From: Clostridia bacterium | Lineage (GTDB): Bacteria > Bacillota > Clostridia > Oscillospirales > CAG-272 | NCBI GenBank assembly: GCA_017625755.1 | Contig: JAGAKG010000037.1 | Span: 16,842-80,841 of the forward strand | Length of the DNA stretch: 64,000 bases | Direction: 5' to 3' | Part shown: positions 1-9,392 of the stretch, in pieces | How the letters are laid out: each line of letters begins with the position of its first letter | Numbering within the stretch: the stretch's first letter is position 1 | The notes under the pieces: model-generated | What the model saw: the letters and a program-made list of their open reading frames with translations, nothing else | Told to the model about the DNA's origin: nothing | Databases searched by the model: none | Program-made: the position numbers and the translations under genes

Positions 1-448
1 CCGAGCCGATGGATTTTACTGTGGCTGGGATAGTTACCGCTTCGATAAAATCGCAGTTTTCGAAAGCTCCGTCGGATATTCCGCTCACCGTCTCGCCTTT
101 TGAGTTTTTGGCGGGAATGATAAGACTTGTCCCCGAAAAGCTTCCTACACTCGCAATCGTGCAGCTTCCGTCTCCGTTTGACTCAAACACAAGCTCAAAA
201 GCAGGACCGCTTGGCTTTGCCGTCGTGCTTTGAGGTGGCTTGGTGGTGCTTGATGTCGCGACTGTCTTTTCAACGAAAGCGCCAACCACCTCGCCGCTGT
301 CGTCGTCTTCCTCCTCAATTCGCCCTGTGCCGGGGCTTTTGCCCATATTCAGACACGCCACTATGACGACGGTCGATATGAGCAGTACGAGAGATGAGGC
401 AGAAATAATGATGAGTTTCATTTTTTGCTTGTCGATAGTTTTTTCCAT
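1..448 (-). CDS. BspA-type leucine-rich-repeat surface protein, N-terminal part (3' end runs off the window)
   Basis: Reverse-strand ATG at 448-446. My translation is MEKTIDKQKMKLIIISASSLVLLISTVVIVACLN... (TM/signal anchor), then an acidic and Thr/Pro linker, then DGAFENCDFIEAVTIPATVKSIGS, the same LRR unit as the 27998-30550 protein. It is absent from the ORF track because it is open at the window edge. Confidence 0.7.
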   Translation of the reverse strand, partial: MEKTIDKQKMKLIIISASSLVLLISTVVIVACLNMGKSPGTGRIEEEDDDSGEVVGAFVEKTVATSSTTKPPQSTTAKPSGPAFELVFESNGDGSCTIASVGSFSGTSLIIPAKNSKGETVSGISDGAFENCDFIEAVTIPATVKSIGS

Positions 449-638
449 TTTCTTTTACTCCTAACCTTATAGTATATGTTCGCCACTCAAATGCTACCAT
501 ATATTTTTGTTGAGGTCAATTATAATCGTGCGACACAATTTTCTTCAACTCGGGTAAATTTGTGAGTGTTCGTGAGAAAATGAGCGGATTTTTGTCTCTT
601 TGACAAATTAATCTTTTGATTTTTGTAGGACAAGAGAG

Positions 639-667
639 TTGAAATTTCGACAAGTATGTGGTATCAT
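639..667 (+). promoter_or_regulatory. Candidate sigma-A promoter upstream of dus
   Basis: TTGAAA (639-644), 17-nt spacer, TATCAT (662-667) preceded by TGg (extended -10), about 35 nt upstream of the 703 start. Confidence 0.45.
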
Positions 668-702
668 ATAAGGGATAAGAAAAAATAAAGTGAGATACGG
701 AT

Positions 703-1722
703 TTGTTGAAGATAGGAAATACAGAACTGAAGCACGGTTTGCTCCTCGCGCCTCTTGCGGGAGTCAGCGACCGAACATTCAGAAATATTTGCAGAGAACA
801 CGGCGCGGAATATACCGTGAGCGAGATGATATCGGCAAAGGCGCTTTGCTATGACCAGCTCAGTCGAAAAAAAGCGGCTGAGGAATCCGCCACGCTCGAG
901 CTTGCCACGATATTTAAGGGCGAGATGCCTATCGCCATTCAGCTCTTTGGTTGTGAGCCTGAATTTATGGCTCGCGCGGCTAAATTGATAGAGGAGCGCT
1001 CATATTGCGGTTGCGTCTCCGACACGGCTCCCGCGGCAATTGATATAAATATGGGGTGCCCCGTGAGGAAAATTGTCGGCAACGGAGAGGGAAGCGCGCT
1101 TATGCGCTCACCCGAGGTCGCGGCGGCGGTTGTCAGCGCCGTGAGGGCGGCGGTATCCTTGCCCGTCACGGTCAAGATTCGCGCGGGGTGGGATAGCGTT
1201 ACCGCTCCCGAATTCGCCAAACGCATTGAGGCGGCGGGCGCGGATATGATATGCGTCCACGCGAGAACCAGAGAGCAGATGTACCTGCCGGGGGTCGACC
1301 TGAGCGTGATAGAAGCGGTGAAGCGGAGCGTATCGGTTCCCGTCGTAGGGAACGGAGACATATATTCCGCCGAGGACGCTATAAATATGATGCGTCAGAC
1401 GGGGTGCGACGGAGTTATGATAGCGCGCGGAGCGCTTGGAAATCCGTGGATATTCACAGAGATAGCGGCGGCGTTTGAGAGCAGGGAATGGACATCGCCG
1501 ACGCCCGCGGAGCGCCTTTTAGCCGCTCGCGAGCATTTTGTCCGTATGCTTGACGATAAGAGCGACAGACGCGCAACTGCCGAAGCCAAAAAGCACATCG
1601 CGTGGTATATCAAGGGAATGAACGGAGCGGCGGCAGCGAGGGCGGCAGTCATGACGGCACAGGATTCCGAGGAGATACTTGCGATAATAGACAAACTTTT
1701 ATTTGCCGAGGAGAGAAAATGA
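703..1722 (+). CDS. dus: tRNA-dihydrouridine synthase (Dus family)
   Basis: 339-aa ORF. LLLAPLAGVSDRTFRNICREHGAEYTVSEM, DINMGCPVRKIV and TVKIRAGW are typical of FMN-dependent Dus enzymes. The ORF track gives a TTG start, so the exact start is uncertain. Confidence 0.9.
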   Translation: MLKIGNTELKHGLLLAPLAGVSDRTFRNICREHGAEYTVSEMISAKALCYDQLSRKKAAEESATLELATIFKGEMPIAIQLFGCEPEFMARAAKLIEERSYCGCVSDTAPAAIDINMGCPVRKIVGNGEGSALMRSPEVAAAVVSAVRAAVSLPVTVKIRAGWDSVTAPEFAKRIEAAGADMICVHARTREQMYLPGVDLSVIEAVKRSVSVPVVGNGDIYSAEDAINMMRQTGCDGVMIARGALGNPWIFTEIAAAFESREWTSPTPAERLLAAREHFVRMLDDKSDRRATAEAKKHIAWYIKGMNGAAAARAAVMTAQDSEEILAIIDKLLFAEERK

Positions 1723-2345
1723 GGGATATAGCTATAATTTCTCAAAACAAGGAGCTATCAAGGCTTATCGAGCTTGAAGCGCTTTCCTGCGGAGCTTCCT
1801 GTCGAGTGCTTACTCGTATTCCTGCCGATACATCGGGCTATGAAATGATATTCATTGATGCCGACACGGTAGCCGTATCAAATCAGCTTGATGTGAATGT
1901 TACGGTGGCGATAACAGAGAAGCAAGAGAGCGCTGAAAGCCTTGCGGATAAATATAATGTCGTTTTGGAATATCCGTTTTTACTTGCTGAGCTTCGCTCT
2001 GTGATACTCAATATGAGTGTCTCTGTGGGTGGCGAGTTGGAGAAAAACAAAGCCTATCCGTCGGTGCTTTACGCAGACTGCGAAAGGCGTGAGATTGAAT
2101 TTTCAGCTCACAAGCTTTCTTTCTCTGAATACGAGTTTCGTATTCTTTGCCGTCTGTGCGCTACGCCAAGGGAGGCGGTAAGCCGCGCGGAGCTTGACTC
2201 GCTACTTGAGAGCGACGGTGGAAATATGACGGATGTCTATATATGCCACCTGCGAAAGAAATTCGAGCCCCTCACTCGGCAAAAGGTTATATATACCGTT
2301 CGCGGAGTTGGATATATGACGGAATATTCTATGGAATGGATATAG
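1719..2345 (+). CDS. OmpR/PhoB-type winged-helix DNA-binding protein with a degenerate receiver-like N-terminus
   Basis: ATG 1719 overlaps the dus stop (ATGA). The C-terminus (LSFSEYEFRILCRLC...VYICHLRKKFE...IYTVRGVGY) is a Trans_reg_C winged helix. The N-terminal ~100 aa lacks the acidic DD pair of receivers (IAIISQNKE). Confidence 0.7.
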   Translation: MRDIAIISQNKELSRLIELEALSCGASCRVLTRIPADTSGYEMIFIDADTVAVSNQLDVNVTVAITEKQESAESLADKYNVVLEYPFLLAELRSVILNMSVSVGGELEKNKAYPSVLYADCERREIEFSAHKLSFSEYEFRILCRLCATPREAVSRAELDSLLESDGGNMTDVYICHLRKKFEPLTRQKVIYTVRGVGYMTEYSMEWI

Positions 2346-2364
2346 TCTTGTCTTGTTGATATAT

Positions 2365-2398
2365 AAAAAGACAGAGAATTTGATTTCTCTGTCTTTTT
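2365..2398. terminator. Bidirectional intrinsic terminator between convergent genes
   Basis: Stem AGACAGAGAA (2369-2378) / TTCTCTGTCT (2385-2394), with an A-run upstream and a T-run downstream. Confidence 0.8.
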
Positions 2399-2406
2399 CC
2401 TTTTGA

Positions 2407-3495
2407 TCAAAAGTGATAATCCTTCAATGCCCGTCTCAGCTCACACTCTATCGCCTCTGCCATTTTCGCAAATCCGAGGTCGGTGGGGTGAGTTCCGTCG
2501 ACCGTGCAGGAATCCTCGTCAGGTCCGCGGAAAAGGCTCTCGCCGTCGATGTAATATACATTTTTGTCTCCCTGCGAGAGGGCGTAACGGTATGTGTCGA
2601 TTATCACATTTCTCCGCGCGATGCTCTGCTCACGCTCTTTTTGAAAATCGGGGCGGGAAAGCATTATGTAGGGAATGTCGGGGTTCTTCTCCCTTATCAT
2701 TTTATACATACGGCAATGCGTGTCGGCAAGATACTCCACGCTTCGCGCGTTGTGGTCGTAGTCGCTTACAAAGGCGAGCATATCAAGCCCCGCCATATAT
2801 TCAACTATATTTTCCTCGGCTAACGCGTTTCCCGAAAAACCGAGATTTATATAATCGAGGTTCAGTCGGCGCGCGATGATAGACTCGTAGGTGTTTCCGG
2901 GGCGTGACGCGCAACCGCCTTGAGTGATAGAGCTTCCGTAGTAAATTATAGGCTTGTCCGCACGGTATTTTGCGCCCTCTTTAAGCTCTGCGTTCTCGTC
3001 AAGTCCTATTTCGAGACTGCTTACGGGATTATATGAGGGGAAATTCACGGTAAGTGAGCGCATACGCGAGTCGGGCAGATTGATTATCGCCTCGTATCCG
3101 TGTGAAACATCTCCCGTTCCCATACGGAAAAGTCCGAGAAAACGGCTTCCTGTGGGAGTGTCCTCATAGAGGTCGAATCCGCAGACATTCGCCCTCGGCA
3201 TATGGTCATAACGCGCCTCGTATGGCATCACCACACGGACTATGATATGCCTTGAATCGGTAGAGAAGCGTACTCTGCCACCCGCTGTGCAAATGTAGTG
3301 TCGGGCAACTCCCGCGTTTACATTGAGTCCGATTTCGTCGGGCATACGCTTGAAAACGCTCTCTGTTTCGGGCTTATAAAGTCCGTATATCTTAAAGGGA
3401 ACTTGTCTTACATCGTGAAAAATTATACCTGCTTCACCGTCAAGGGTGGTTTTCAGCATATTAGAGTCGACTTCTTTAAAATCCTTAGTTGCCAT
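2407..3495 (-). CDS. SGNH/GDSL-family hydrolase (esterase) with an N-terminal accessory domain
   Basis: 362 aa with GSSITQGG (block I), GFSGNA (block II) and DGTHPTDLG (block V DxxH). Confidence 0.75.
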   Translation of the reverse strand: MATKDFKEVDSNMLKTTLDGEAGIIFHDVRQVPFKIYGLYKPETESVFKRMPDEIGLNVNAGVARHYICTAGGRVRFSTDSRHIIVRVVMPYEARYDHMPRANVCGFDLYEDTPTGSRFLGLFRMGTGDVSHGYEAIINLPDSRMRSLTVNFPSYNPVSSLEIGLDENAELKEGAKYRADKPIIYYGSSITQGGCASRPGNTYESIIARRLNLDYINLGFSGNALAEENIVEYMAGLDMLAFVSDYDHNARSVEYLADTHCRMYKMIREKNPDIPYIMLSRPDFQKEREQSIARRNVIIDTYRYALSQGDKNVYYIDGESLFRGPDEDSCTVDGTHPTDLGFAKMAEAIECELRRALKDYHF

Positions 3496-3523
3496 ATTCG
3501 AGTCCTTTCCAAAAATAAAACAT

Positions 3524-3916
3524 TTAATCCTTATGATTGTGACAGTGGTCGGTGAAGAAGCCCTCGAGGTTTATCTCGAAATTTCCTTCTCCATTCTCTT
3601 TAAATCCCACAGCGCGTAGCAGGGAAGCGTCCTTTACCTCTCCGACGAAATACGCGCGGTGAACACCGCAAAGGTCGATAAAATTGAGCGCGCCTCTGCC
3701 CATAACGAACATAGCCTCAAAATTATCAAAATCGAGCGCGGGAGAGAGGTCATATATAAGTCCGCCATCCGCCGCTACCTTGAACTGGCAGACGCCTGCA
3801 AGTCTGTCGTCAACGGTTGCGACATACGCAAGCGCGTCGGGATTATATGTTACTCCGCAAAGCTCGCAGATATCCTTTTGTTTTTCCTTTGTTTCAATGG
3901 GTAATACCTTAAGCAT
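3524..3916 (-). CDS. Hypothetical small cytoplasmic protein (possibly a GNAT-like fold)
   Basis: 130-aa ORF in the same orientation as its neighbours. I recognise no diagnostic motif. The C-terminus is HCHNHKD. Confidence 0.45.
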   Translation of the reverse strand: MLKVLPIETKEKQKDICELCGVTYNPDALAYVATVDDRLAGVCQFKVAADGGLIYDLSPALDFDNFEAMFVMGRGALNFIDLCGVHRAYFVGEVKDASLLRAVGFKENGEGNFEINLEGFFTDHCHNHKD

Positions 3917-3928
3917 TTTTCAAGCCTT

Positions 3929-4696
3929 TCATTTATCTGTTCTGTTATTTTTTGCTTTATTATTTTTTGAGTTCTTTTCAACGCCTCTCAGGTATTCTGC
4001 CTGAGTTGCGGTGAGGTATCTCCATTTTCCGGGGGCGAGGTCGCCGAGAGTTATCTTTCCGATAGCAATTCTCGTGAGCCTTGTTACCTCAAGTCCAACG
4101 CTTTCGCACATCTTTCGTATCTGCCTGTTTCTGCCCTCAAAGAGGGTCATACGAAGCACCGAGCTGTCTCCCTTTATTGATATAAGCTCGGTCTTTACGG
4201 GAAGCAGCTTGTAGCCGTCTATCTCCATAGGGGCATTCAACTGCTTCAGGGTTTCCTTCGAGACTACTCCGTCCACCTTGACATGATATATTTTCGGTAT
4301 CTCGTGTCTCGGGTGAGTGAGCTTCAGGGCAAGGTCTCCGTCGTTTGTGAGAAGGAGCAGCCCCTCCGAGTCCATATCGAGCCGTCCCACGGGATAGACA
4401 CGCGCTCCCGCGTCAGCCACAAGCTCGGCAACGGTGGCTCTGCCTCTGTCGTCAGACATTGTGGTGAGATATCCCCTCGGCTTATTAAGCATTATATAGA
4501 TATTTTTCTTGAATTTAGGCATTTGAACAGGCTTTCCACGATAGGTTACCGTGTCGACCCCGGGGACTATTCTCATTCCCGCCTCGGCTGTTTCTCCGTT
4601 CACCTTGACGCGTCCCGCCGCAATTTCCTTTTCGGCGGCTCGCCTTGACATTACGCCGCAATCCGTGAAATACTTTTGCAATTTTATAGAATCCAT
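3929..4696 (-). CDS. rluB: 23S rRNA pseudouridine synthase, RluB/RsuA family
   Basis: S4 domain (KLQKYFTDCGVMSRRAAEKEIAAGRVKVNG) plus the catalytic motif GRLDMDSEGLLLLTNDG. I moved the start to ATG 4696 (MDSIKLQ), which has an AAGGA SD. The tail is Lys/Asn-rich. Confidence 0.9.
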   Translation of the reverse strand: MDSIKLQKYFTDCGVMSRRAAEKEIAAGRVKVNGETAEAGMRIVPGVDTVTYRGKPVQMPKFKKNIYIMLNKPRGYLTTMSDDRGRATVAELVADAGARVYPVGRLDMDSEGLLLLTNDGDLALKLTHPRHEIPKIYHVKVDGVVSKETLKQLNAPMEIDGYKLLPVKTELISIKGDSSVLRMTLFEGRNRQIRKMCESVGLEVTRLTRIAIGKITLGDLAPGKWRYLTATQAEYLRGVEKNSKNNKAKNNRTDK

Positions 4697-4710
4697 TTGA
4701 TATCCTTTGT

Positions 4711-5832
4711 TTATTTGAAAATTCTGTCCCAAAAAGTTTCGTCGTCCGTCAATCTATTGACATTTTCGGCGCAGATAAGCGCAGATGAGTCGGCGGCGAA
4801 ATCCCCGTAGGAATAGTATACAGTACCCGCGTGTACCCCTCTGTGCGTTGGCGCAAACTCAAAGCGGTGCGTCGTTTCAACTCGGCAGAGTATCTTTCCT
4901 CTGTCGCGCGGCACCGTCAGTCTTATTTCTTCTGTGTTCGTGAGCGTGACGAAATCTTCCTCACCGCCCGTCACAGGCAGGGCATAGGAAAATGCGCCGA
5001 CCTCAGCGATAAGAAGCGATTCGTAGCTATCAAATCCGAAATCGAGCATTTGCGTATGGTCACGCCAATCGTCGGGGGCGTTGAGTGTGACTGCGATAAG
5101 CGTCAGCCCATCGCGCTCGGCGGCGCTCACAAGGCAACGCCCTGCGCGCTTGGTAAATCCCGTTTTAACGCCGATAGCGCCATCATAGAGCCTCAGCATT
5201 TTATTGTGATTTACGAGCGTTCGAGGGTTACACCTACTATCTATGGGGATAGTTTTTTTATATGTAGAGACTATCTCTCGTACCGTCTCATTTTTCAGCG
5301 CGTGCGATGCGATTATCGCAAGGTCGTACGCCGTCGTATAATGCTCGTTGTCGCTGAGTCCGTGGGGATTGGTGAAATGTGTATTATCAAGTCCCATCTC
5401 ACTTGCCCTTGCGTTCATCATATCGGCAAATTCCTCGACGCTACCCGCCACGGCTATCGCTATGGCAGTTGCCGCGTCGTTAGCCGATTGAAGCAACAGG
5501 GAATAGAGCAGTTCTTCCATAGTTATCTGCTCCCCCTCGTACAGATAGACCGACGAGCCCTCCACTCCAACGGCTTCGGGAGAGACCCTGACTGTCTTTT
5601 TTGAGTCAAAGCTTTCCGCAGCCACGAGCGCGGTCATAATTTTTGTTGTACTCGCCATCTCCATTCGTTCGGTGTGGTTCTTTGAATATAGAACATTCCC
5701 CGAGTTTGCGTCTATGAGTACCGCGCTCTCGGCAGAGAGTGAAAGCGAAGCCTCGGGGGAAGCATTAGCACGGAACACGGCGCAGGAAAAAACGAGCAAA
5801 AAGGATAACAGGCAGACGAGAGCTTTTTTCAT
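4711..5832 (-). CDS. dacB: D-alanyl-D-alanine carboxypeptidase (PBP5/DacB type)
   Basis: Signal peptide, then SxxK (ASTTKIM), SxN (QSANDAA) and KTG (GVKTGFT), all intact. Confidence 0.9.
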   Translation of the reverse strand: MKKALVCLLSFLLVFSCAVFRANASPEASLSLSAESAVLIDANSGNVLYSKNHTERMEMASTTKIMTALVAAESFDSKKTVRVSPEAVGVEGSSVYLYEGEQITMEELLYSLLLQSANDAATAIAIAVAGSVEEFADMMNARASEMGLDNTHFTNPHGLSDNEHYTTAYDLAIIASHALKNETVREIVSTYKKTIPIDSRCNPRTLVNHNKMLRLYDGAIGVKTGFTKRAGRCLVSAAERDGLTLIAVTLNAPDDWRDHTQMLDFGFDSYESLLIAEVGAFSYALPVTGGEEDFVTLTNTEEIRLTVPRDRGKILCRVETTHRFEFAPTHRGVHAGTVYYSYGDFAADSSALICAENVNRLTDDETFWDRIFK

Positions 5833-5932
5833 ATAATAATAACCTTCCTAAAGCACAAAATGGCATAACCAACCAAGCCAGAGCTTATCTGGCTTGATTA
5901 ATTATATGATGGGAAAGGTTATAAAATGATAC

Positions 5933-6349
5933 TTATATAGTTTCCTCGGGTGCCTTATCAAACAGCTTTTTGATCTTCGCGATAATATCGGGAGTACGCT
6001 CAACGAGGTCTGCAATCTGGTCAACAGGATCGGGCTTGCCCTTCATTCCGACATTGATAAATTCAACATCTCCGTCAGAATCGATTATAAGAAATCCTAC
6101 GGGAGCCATAGTGAGACCTGTTCCGCCGCCACCGCCGAAATTCTGCTGTCTTACGGGTGAGCTTTCCTTCTTGGAGCTATAATCAACGCCGCCTGTTGCA
6201 ACGCCAACCGACACCTTGGATATCGGGATTATAGTAACGCCTGTGGGAGTAATTATGGGCTCGCCCACCATAGTATTCGCGTCGACGATTGAGCGAACAT
6301 TCTCAAGAGAAGATTTGATTATTTCGGGGATTTTGTTTTCAGTTGCCAT
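5933..6349 (-). CDS. ytfJ: Sporulation protein YtfJ (GerW family)
   Basis: 138 aa. ANTMVGEPIITPTGVTIIPISKVSVGVATGG and FGGGGGTG are typical of YtfJ/GerW. Confidence 0.85.
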   Translation of the reverse strand: MATENKIPEIIKSSLENVRSIVDANTMVGEPIITPTGVTIIPISKVSVGVATGGVDYSSKKESSPVRQQNFGGGGGTGLTMAPVGFLIIDSDGDVEFINVGMKGKPDPVDQIADLVERTPDIIAKIKKLFDKAPEETI

Positions 6350-6395
6350 AACTTTTATTCCTTTCGGTTAATTATTTATATAAATTTTTTATAGC

Positions 6396-7130
6396 TTACA
6401 GTTTGTGGTTTTTCTTTTTCTGTGATTTGGGCTTCGCAGATGCTTCTGATTGGCGGTCGTCCCTTGACATCTGAGCGAATTTGTGCTTCAGGAATGTCTT
6501 GAGTGCCGATAGCCCTATATCTAAAGTATGCCATACTCTAAGAGAGAACATAAGCTTGATATCGACGGTTGGCTCCTCCGCAAGGTAGTCGAGGTCTACC
6601 GAGATATCGCTTTGCGGTAGCTTTTCAAAGCATTTTACCGACTCGAGCAGGGGAAGAAGAATGTTAAGCGACTGCGTTATGGCTCCGTACATTACCGCCG
6701 TGCTTGCGGCATCTCCCGTTGCCACGATAATCTTTATTCTCGCAAGTCTTATTCTTAGATGCTTGAAGAATCTTTCAACTACAAGAACGGCAAGAGATGT
6801 AATCATTTTTATGTTGTCCACTATCTCTCTCGGTTCTTTTTTCTTGCCCTTTTCCGCTTTCTTTTCCTGTTCTTTTTCCTTGGCGGTAAGCTTTTTTTTC
6901 TCAGCCTTCTTGCGAAGCTTTTTCCGTATTCTTTCCGCCTTGCGTGCGCTCATTGATTGCGCGCCGCGCTTCTTTTTCTTCTGCGGCAGTATGTTTATCT
7001 TGAAGAACAACACCCTCACCCAGAGTCGTAACTCGTCAGAATACGAGATGACAACAGTAGCTTTGAGTGAAGCTATAAACACTATTATCGCAGTTATTAT
7101 AAGTATTGTCCAAAGCGCTCCCGTTTTCAT
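6396..7130 (-). CDS. DUF2953-like (YtfI-like) membrane protein with a Lys-rich region
   Basis: It lies directly upstream of ytfJ, as in other sporeformers. It has an N-terminal TM (GALWTILIITAIIVFIASL) and a KKKKRG...KKAEKKK tract. The start is either ATG 7130 or TTG 7178. Confidence 0.6.
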   Translation of the reverse strand: MKTGALWTILIITAIIVFIASLKATVVISYSDELRLWVRVLFFKINILPQKKKKRGAQSMSARKAERIRKKLRKKAEKKKLTAKEKEQEKKAEKGKKKEPREIVDNIKMITSLAVLVVERFFKHLRIRLARIKIIVATGDAASTAVMYGAITQSLNILLPLLESVKCFEKLPQSDISVDLDYLAEEPTVDIKLMFSLRVWHTLDIGLSALKTFLKHKFAQMSRDDRQSEASAKPKSQKKKNHKL

Positions 7131-7254
7131 CCCCTCCTTTTTTCTCTTACTTTTCTTTCGCGAAAGAAAAGTAAGCAAAAGAAAGCAAAACTACAAAATT
7201 TATTTTTGCTTTTTACTTATCTTTCTGTTTTTTATGGTTTTAGTCTACGCTTTA

Positions 7255-7887
7255 TTATTCACCGTCGGTGCTTTCGATATCCGTTTCGCCTGCTTCCTCG
7301 TCAAAATCCTCACCGTCCTCGTCGGCTATGATAGGAGTTTCCTCCTTAGGCGGGAGAATTATCTCTGTTGCGGGAAGCTCGGAAAGCGAGTTGATTCCGA
7401 ACACGCGGAGAAATTTATCTGTGGTTATATAGAGCATAGGTCTGCCTGGGGCGTCAAGTCTGCCGCAGGCGGTGATAAGGTCCTTGTCAATAAGAGAATT
7501 GACGGCGTAAGAGCTGTCAACGCCTCTGACCTGGTCGACGAACGAGCGGGTTACGGGCTGGTTATAAGCCACCACCGCAAGCACCTCCATCGACGACGCC
7601 GAGAGGTTTCCGCCTCTCTTGATTCCGAGGGCTTCTCTTATGTAAGGCGCGTACTGCTCCTTGGTTGAGAGCTGACAGGTATCGGGGAAGATAAGCAGAT
7701 TTATTCCTCTTTTGGATTTAGCTCCGTTATAGTCCTCGCTCATATGCTCTATGATTTTTTTGGTATTTTTGAGGTCGAGTCCAAGCACCTCTGCTATTTT
7801 CGTATATTTAACGGGATAGCCCGCCGCGAAAAGTATCGCTTCTATGGCGCTTTCCACCGACTTTATCTGTTGCATCTGTTCTTCCAT
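7255..7887 (-). CDS. scpB: Segregation and condensation protein B
   Basis: IEAILFAAGYPV, AYNQPVTRSFVDQVRGVDS and an acidic C-terminal tail. It abuts the scpA stop. Confidence 0.9.
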   Translation of the reverse strand: MEEQMQQIKSVESAIEAILFAAGYPVKYTKIAEVLGLDLKNTKKIIEHMSEDYNGAKSKRGINLLIFPDTCQLSTKEQYAPYIREALGIKRGGNLSASSMEVLAVVAYNQPVTRSFVDQVRGVDSSYAVNSLIDKDLITACGRLDAPGRPMLYITTDKFLRVFGINSLSELPATEIILPPKEETPIIADEDGEDFDEEAGETDIESTDGE

Positions 7888-8670
7888 TTATTCCACCTCG
7901 TCATCTATCTCGTATTCGCTTTGCTCTATGGTGCTTTCGTCCGTGTTGAGGACGAATCTCGTGTTCGCGTCAAGGAGCGCGTTGTCTGTGTCGGTATCGT
8001 CTGAAATAAGCAGACGCCTTACCTTGATAAGCTCAAGGACACCGAGAAAGCTCGCTATGAGGTCAGGCAGGGTACTCTCCTCGCTGATTATCTCCTCAAG
8101 CGTAGCGCAGCCGCGCTTTTCGACCATTTTCAGAATAGAAACTATTTTTATCTCAACGGGAATTATCGGCTTACTTATCATAGGCTTGAAAGTGGTCGTT
8201 GCCGCTTTTTCAAGCGCGTTGTTGTATGCGATAATTCTTCTGACCGCCGTACACAAAGAGGTCACCTGCTGGTCGTGAACGAAGGTCTTATCCACCGATA
8301 TTTCGTCGGTATCCTTGACCATACGCCCGTTGTAAAAGGCGTAAAGCGGAGCGAGCTTCTGCGCGGCTTCCTTTGCCTGCTGATAACGCAGAAGGGCATC
8401 GGCGAGCTGAGCGCGCGGGTCCTCCTCGTCCTCCTCGGTCTTGGGAAGAAGCATTCTGCTCTTGATGAGCATAAGCTCACTTGCCATCACGATAAACTCG
8501 GAAGCAATATCCATATTCAATTCCTGAGCGGCATTGATATACTCCATATACTGGTCGCAGATAAGCGATATGGGAATATCGGTTATGCTGACTTTGTTTT
8601 TGTGAATCAATCCCAGCAGAAGGTCGAGAGGACCTTCAAACTGTTCAAGTTTGTATGTGACAGCTTCCAT
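7888..8670 (-). CDS. scpA: Segregation and condensation protein A
   Basis: The N-terminus FEGPLDLLLGLIHKNKVSITDIPISLICDQYMEYI is typical of ScpA. Confidence 0.9.
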   Translation of the reverse strand: MEAVTYKLEQFEGPLDLLLGLIHKNKVSITDIPISLICDQYMEYINAAQELNMDIASEFIVMASELMLIKSRMLLPKTEEDEEDPRAQLADALLRYQQAKEAAQKLAPLYAFYNGRMVKDTDEISVDKTFVHDQQVTSLCTAVRRIIAYNNALEKAATTTFKPMISKPIIPVEIKIVSILKMVEKRGCATLEEIISEESTLPDLIASFLGVLELIKVRRLLISDDTDTDNALLDANTRFVLNTDESTIEQSEYEIDDEVE

Positions 8671-8701
8671 AGTTAATAGAAATACTCCGTTAGTTTGGAT
8701 T

Positions 8702-9370
8702 TTAAATTCTCAGAACGAAAAATATAAGCTTCATTATTCCGCCCGTGACGAAATTCAGAATCGGGTCAAGCACGCCAATCAGCAGCAGAAGCATAATTCC
8801 GAGTGATATATAGCGTTCATACTTCATAACTCCGAAATAGTATTTCGGGGGCAAAAAAACATAAAGGATACGCGAGCCGTCAAGCGGGGGAACAGGCAAG
8901 AGGTTAAAGACGGCAAGCGTGATGTTCAATCTTATTCCGAGCCACAAAAATGTCTGGACAAGATAGAGCATTGTGAGATTGTCCGTCGGCAGACTCGGAA
9001 GCAGAAGATAGAATATCTTCAGCAGAATCGCGAATATAACCGCGAGAATCACATTTGATATCGGTCCTGCCGCCGCCGAGATTGCCATATCGCGTCTCGG
9101 TTTTTTGAAATATCTTGTGTTTATCGGAACCGCCTTTGCCCAACCGAACCCGAAAAGAAGCATACAGATAAATCCGATGGGATCAAGATGCTTTATGGGG
9201 TTGAATGTAAGTCTGCCAAGATTCTTGGCTGTGGGGTCTCCCAGCTTGGCAGCCACATATCCGTGCGCCGTCTCGTGCATAGAGAGTGAGAGTAGGACTA
9301 TTGGAAGGCTAAGAAGCAGTTGGATTATAAACGAGCGCATATCTCCGCCCGAAAGTAGGTTTGTAAGCAT
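8702..9370 (-). CDS. Site-2 protease family (peptidase M50) membrane metalloprotease
   Basis: HETAHGY (HExxH) inside a TM helix, multiple TM segments, and NLLPVPPLDG (the second metal-ligand motif). Confidence 0.8.
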   Translation of the reverse strand: MLTNLLSGGDMRSFIIQLLLSLPIVLLSLSMHETAHGYVAAKLGDPTAKNLGRLTFNPIKHLDPIGFICMLLFGFGWAKAVPINTRYFKKPRRDMAISAAAGPISNVILAVIFAILLKIFYLLLPSLPTDNLTMLYLVQTFLWLGIRLNITLAVFNLLPVPPLDGSRILYVFLPPKYYFGVMKYERYISLGIMLLLLIGVLDPILNFVTGGIMKLIFFVLRI

Positions 9371-9392
9371 ATTTTACTCCGTATTTTATTGC

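Noticed and set aside
8288-8296. TTATCCACC, a DnaA-box-like 9-mer, considered together with the strand switch near 14.5 kb as a possible origin
   Set aside because: It is a single copy inside the scpA coding sequence. No cluster of boxes, AT-rich unwinding element or dnaA/dnaN genes are nearby.
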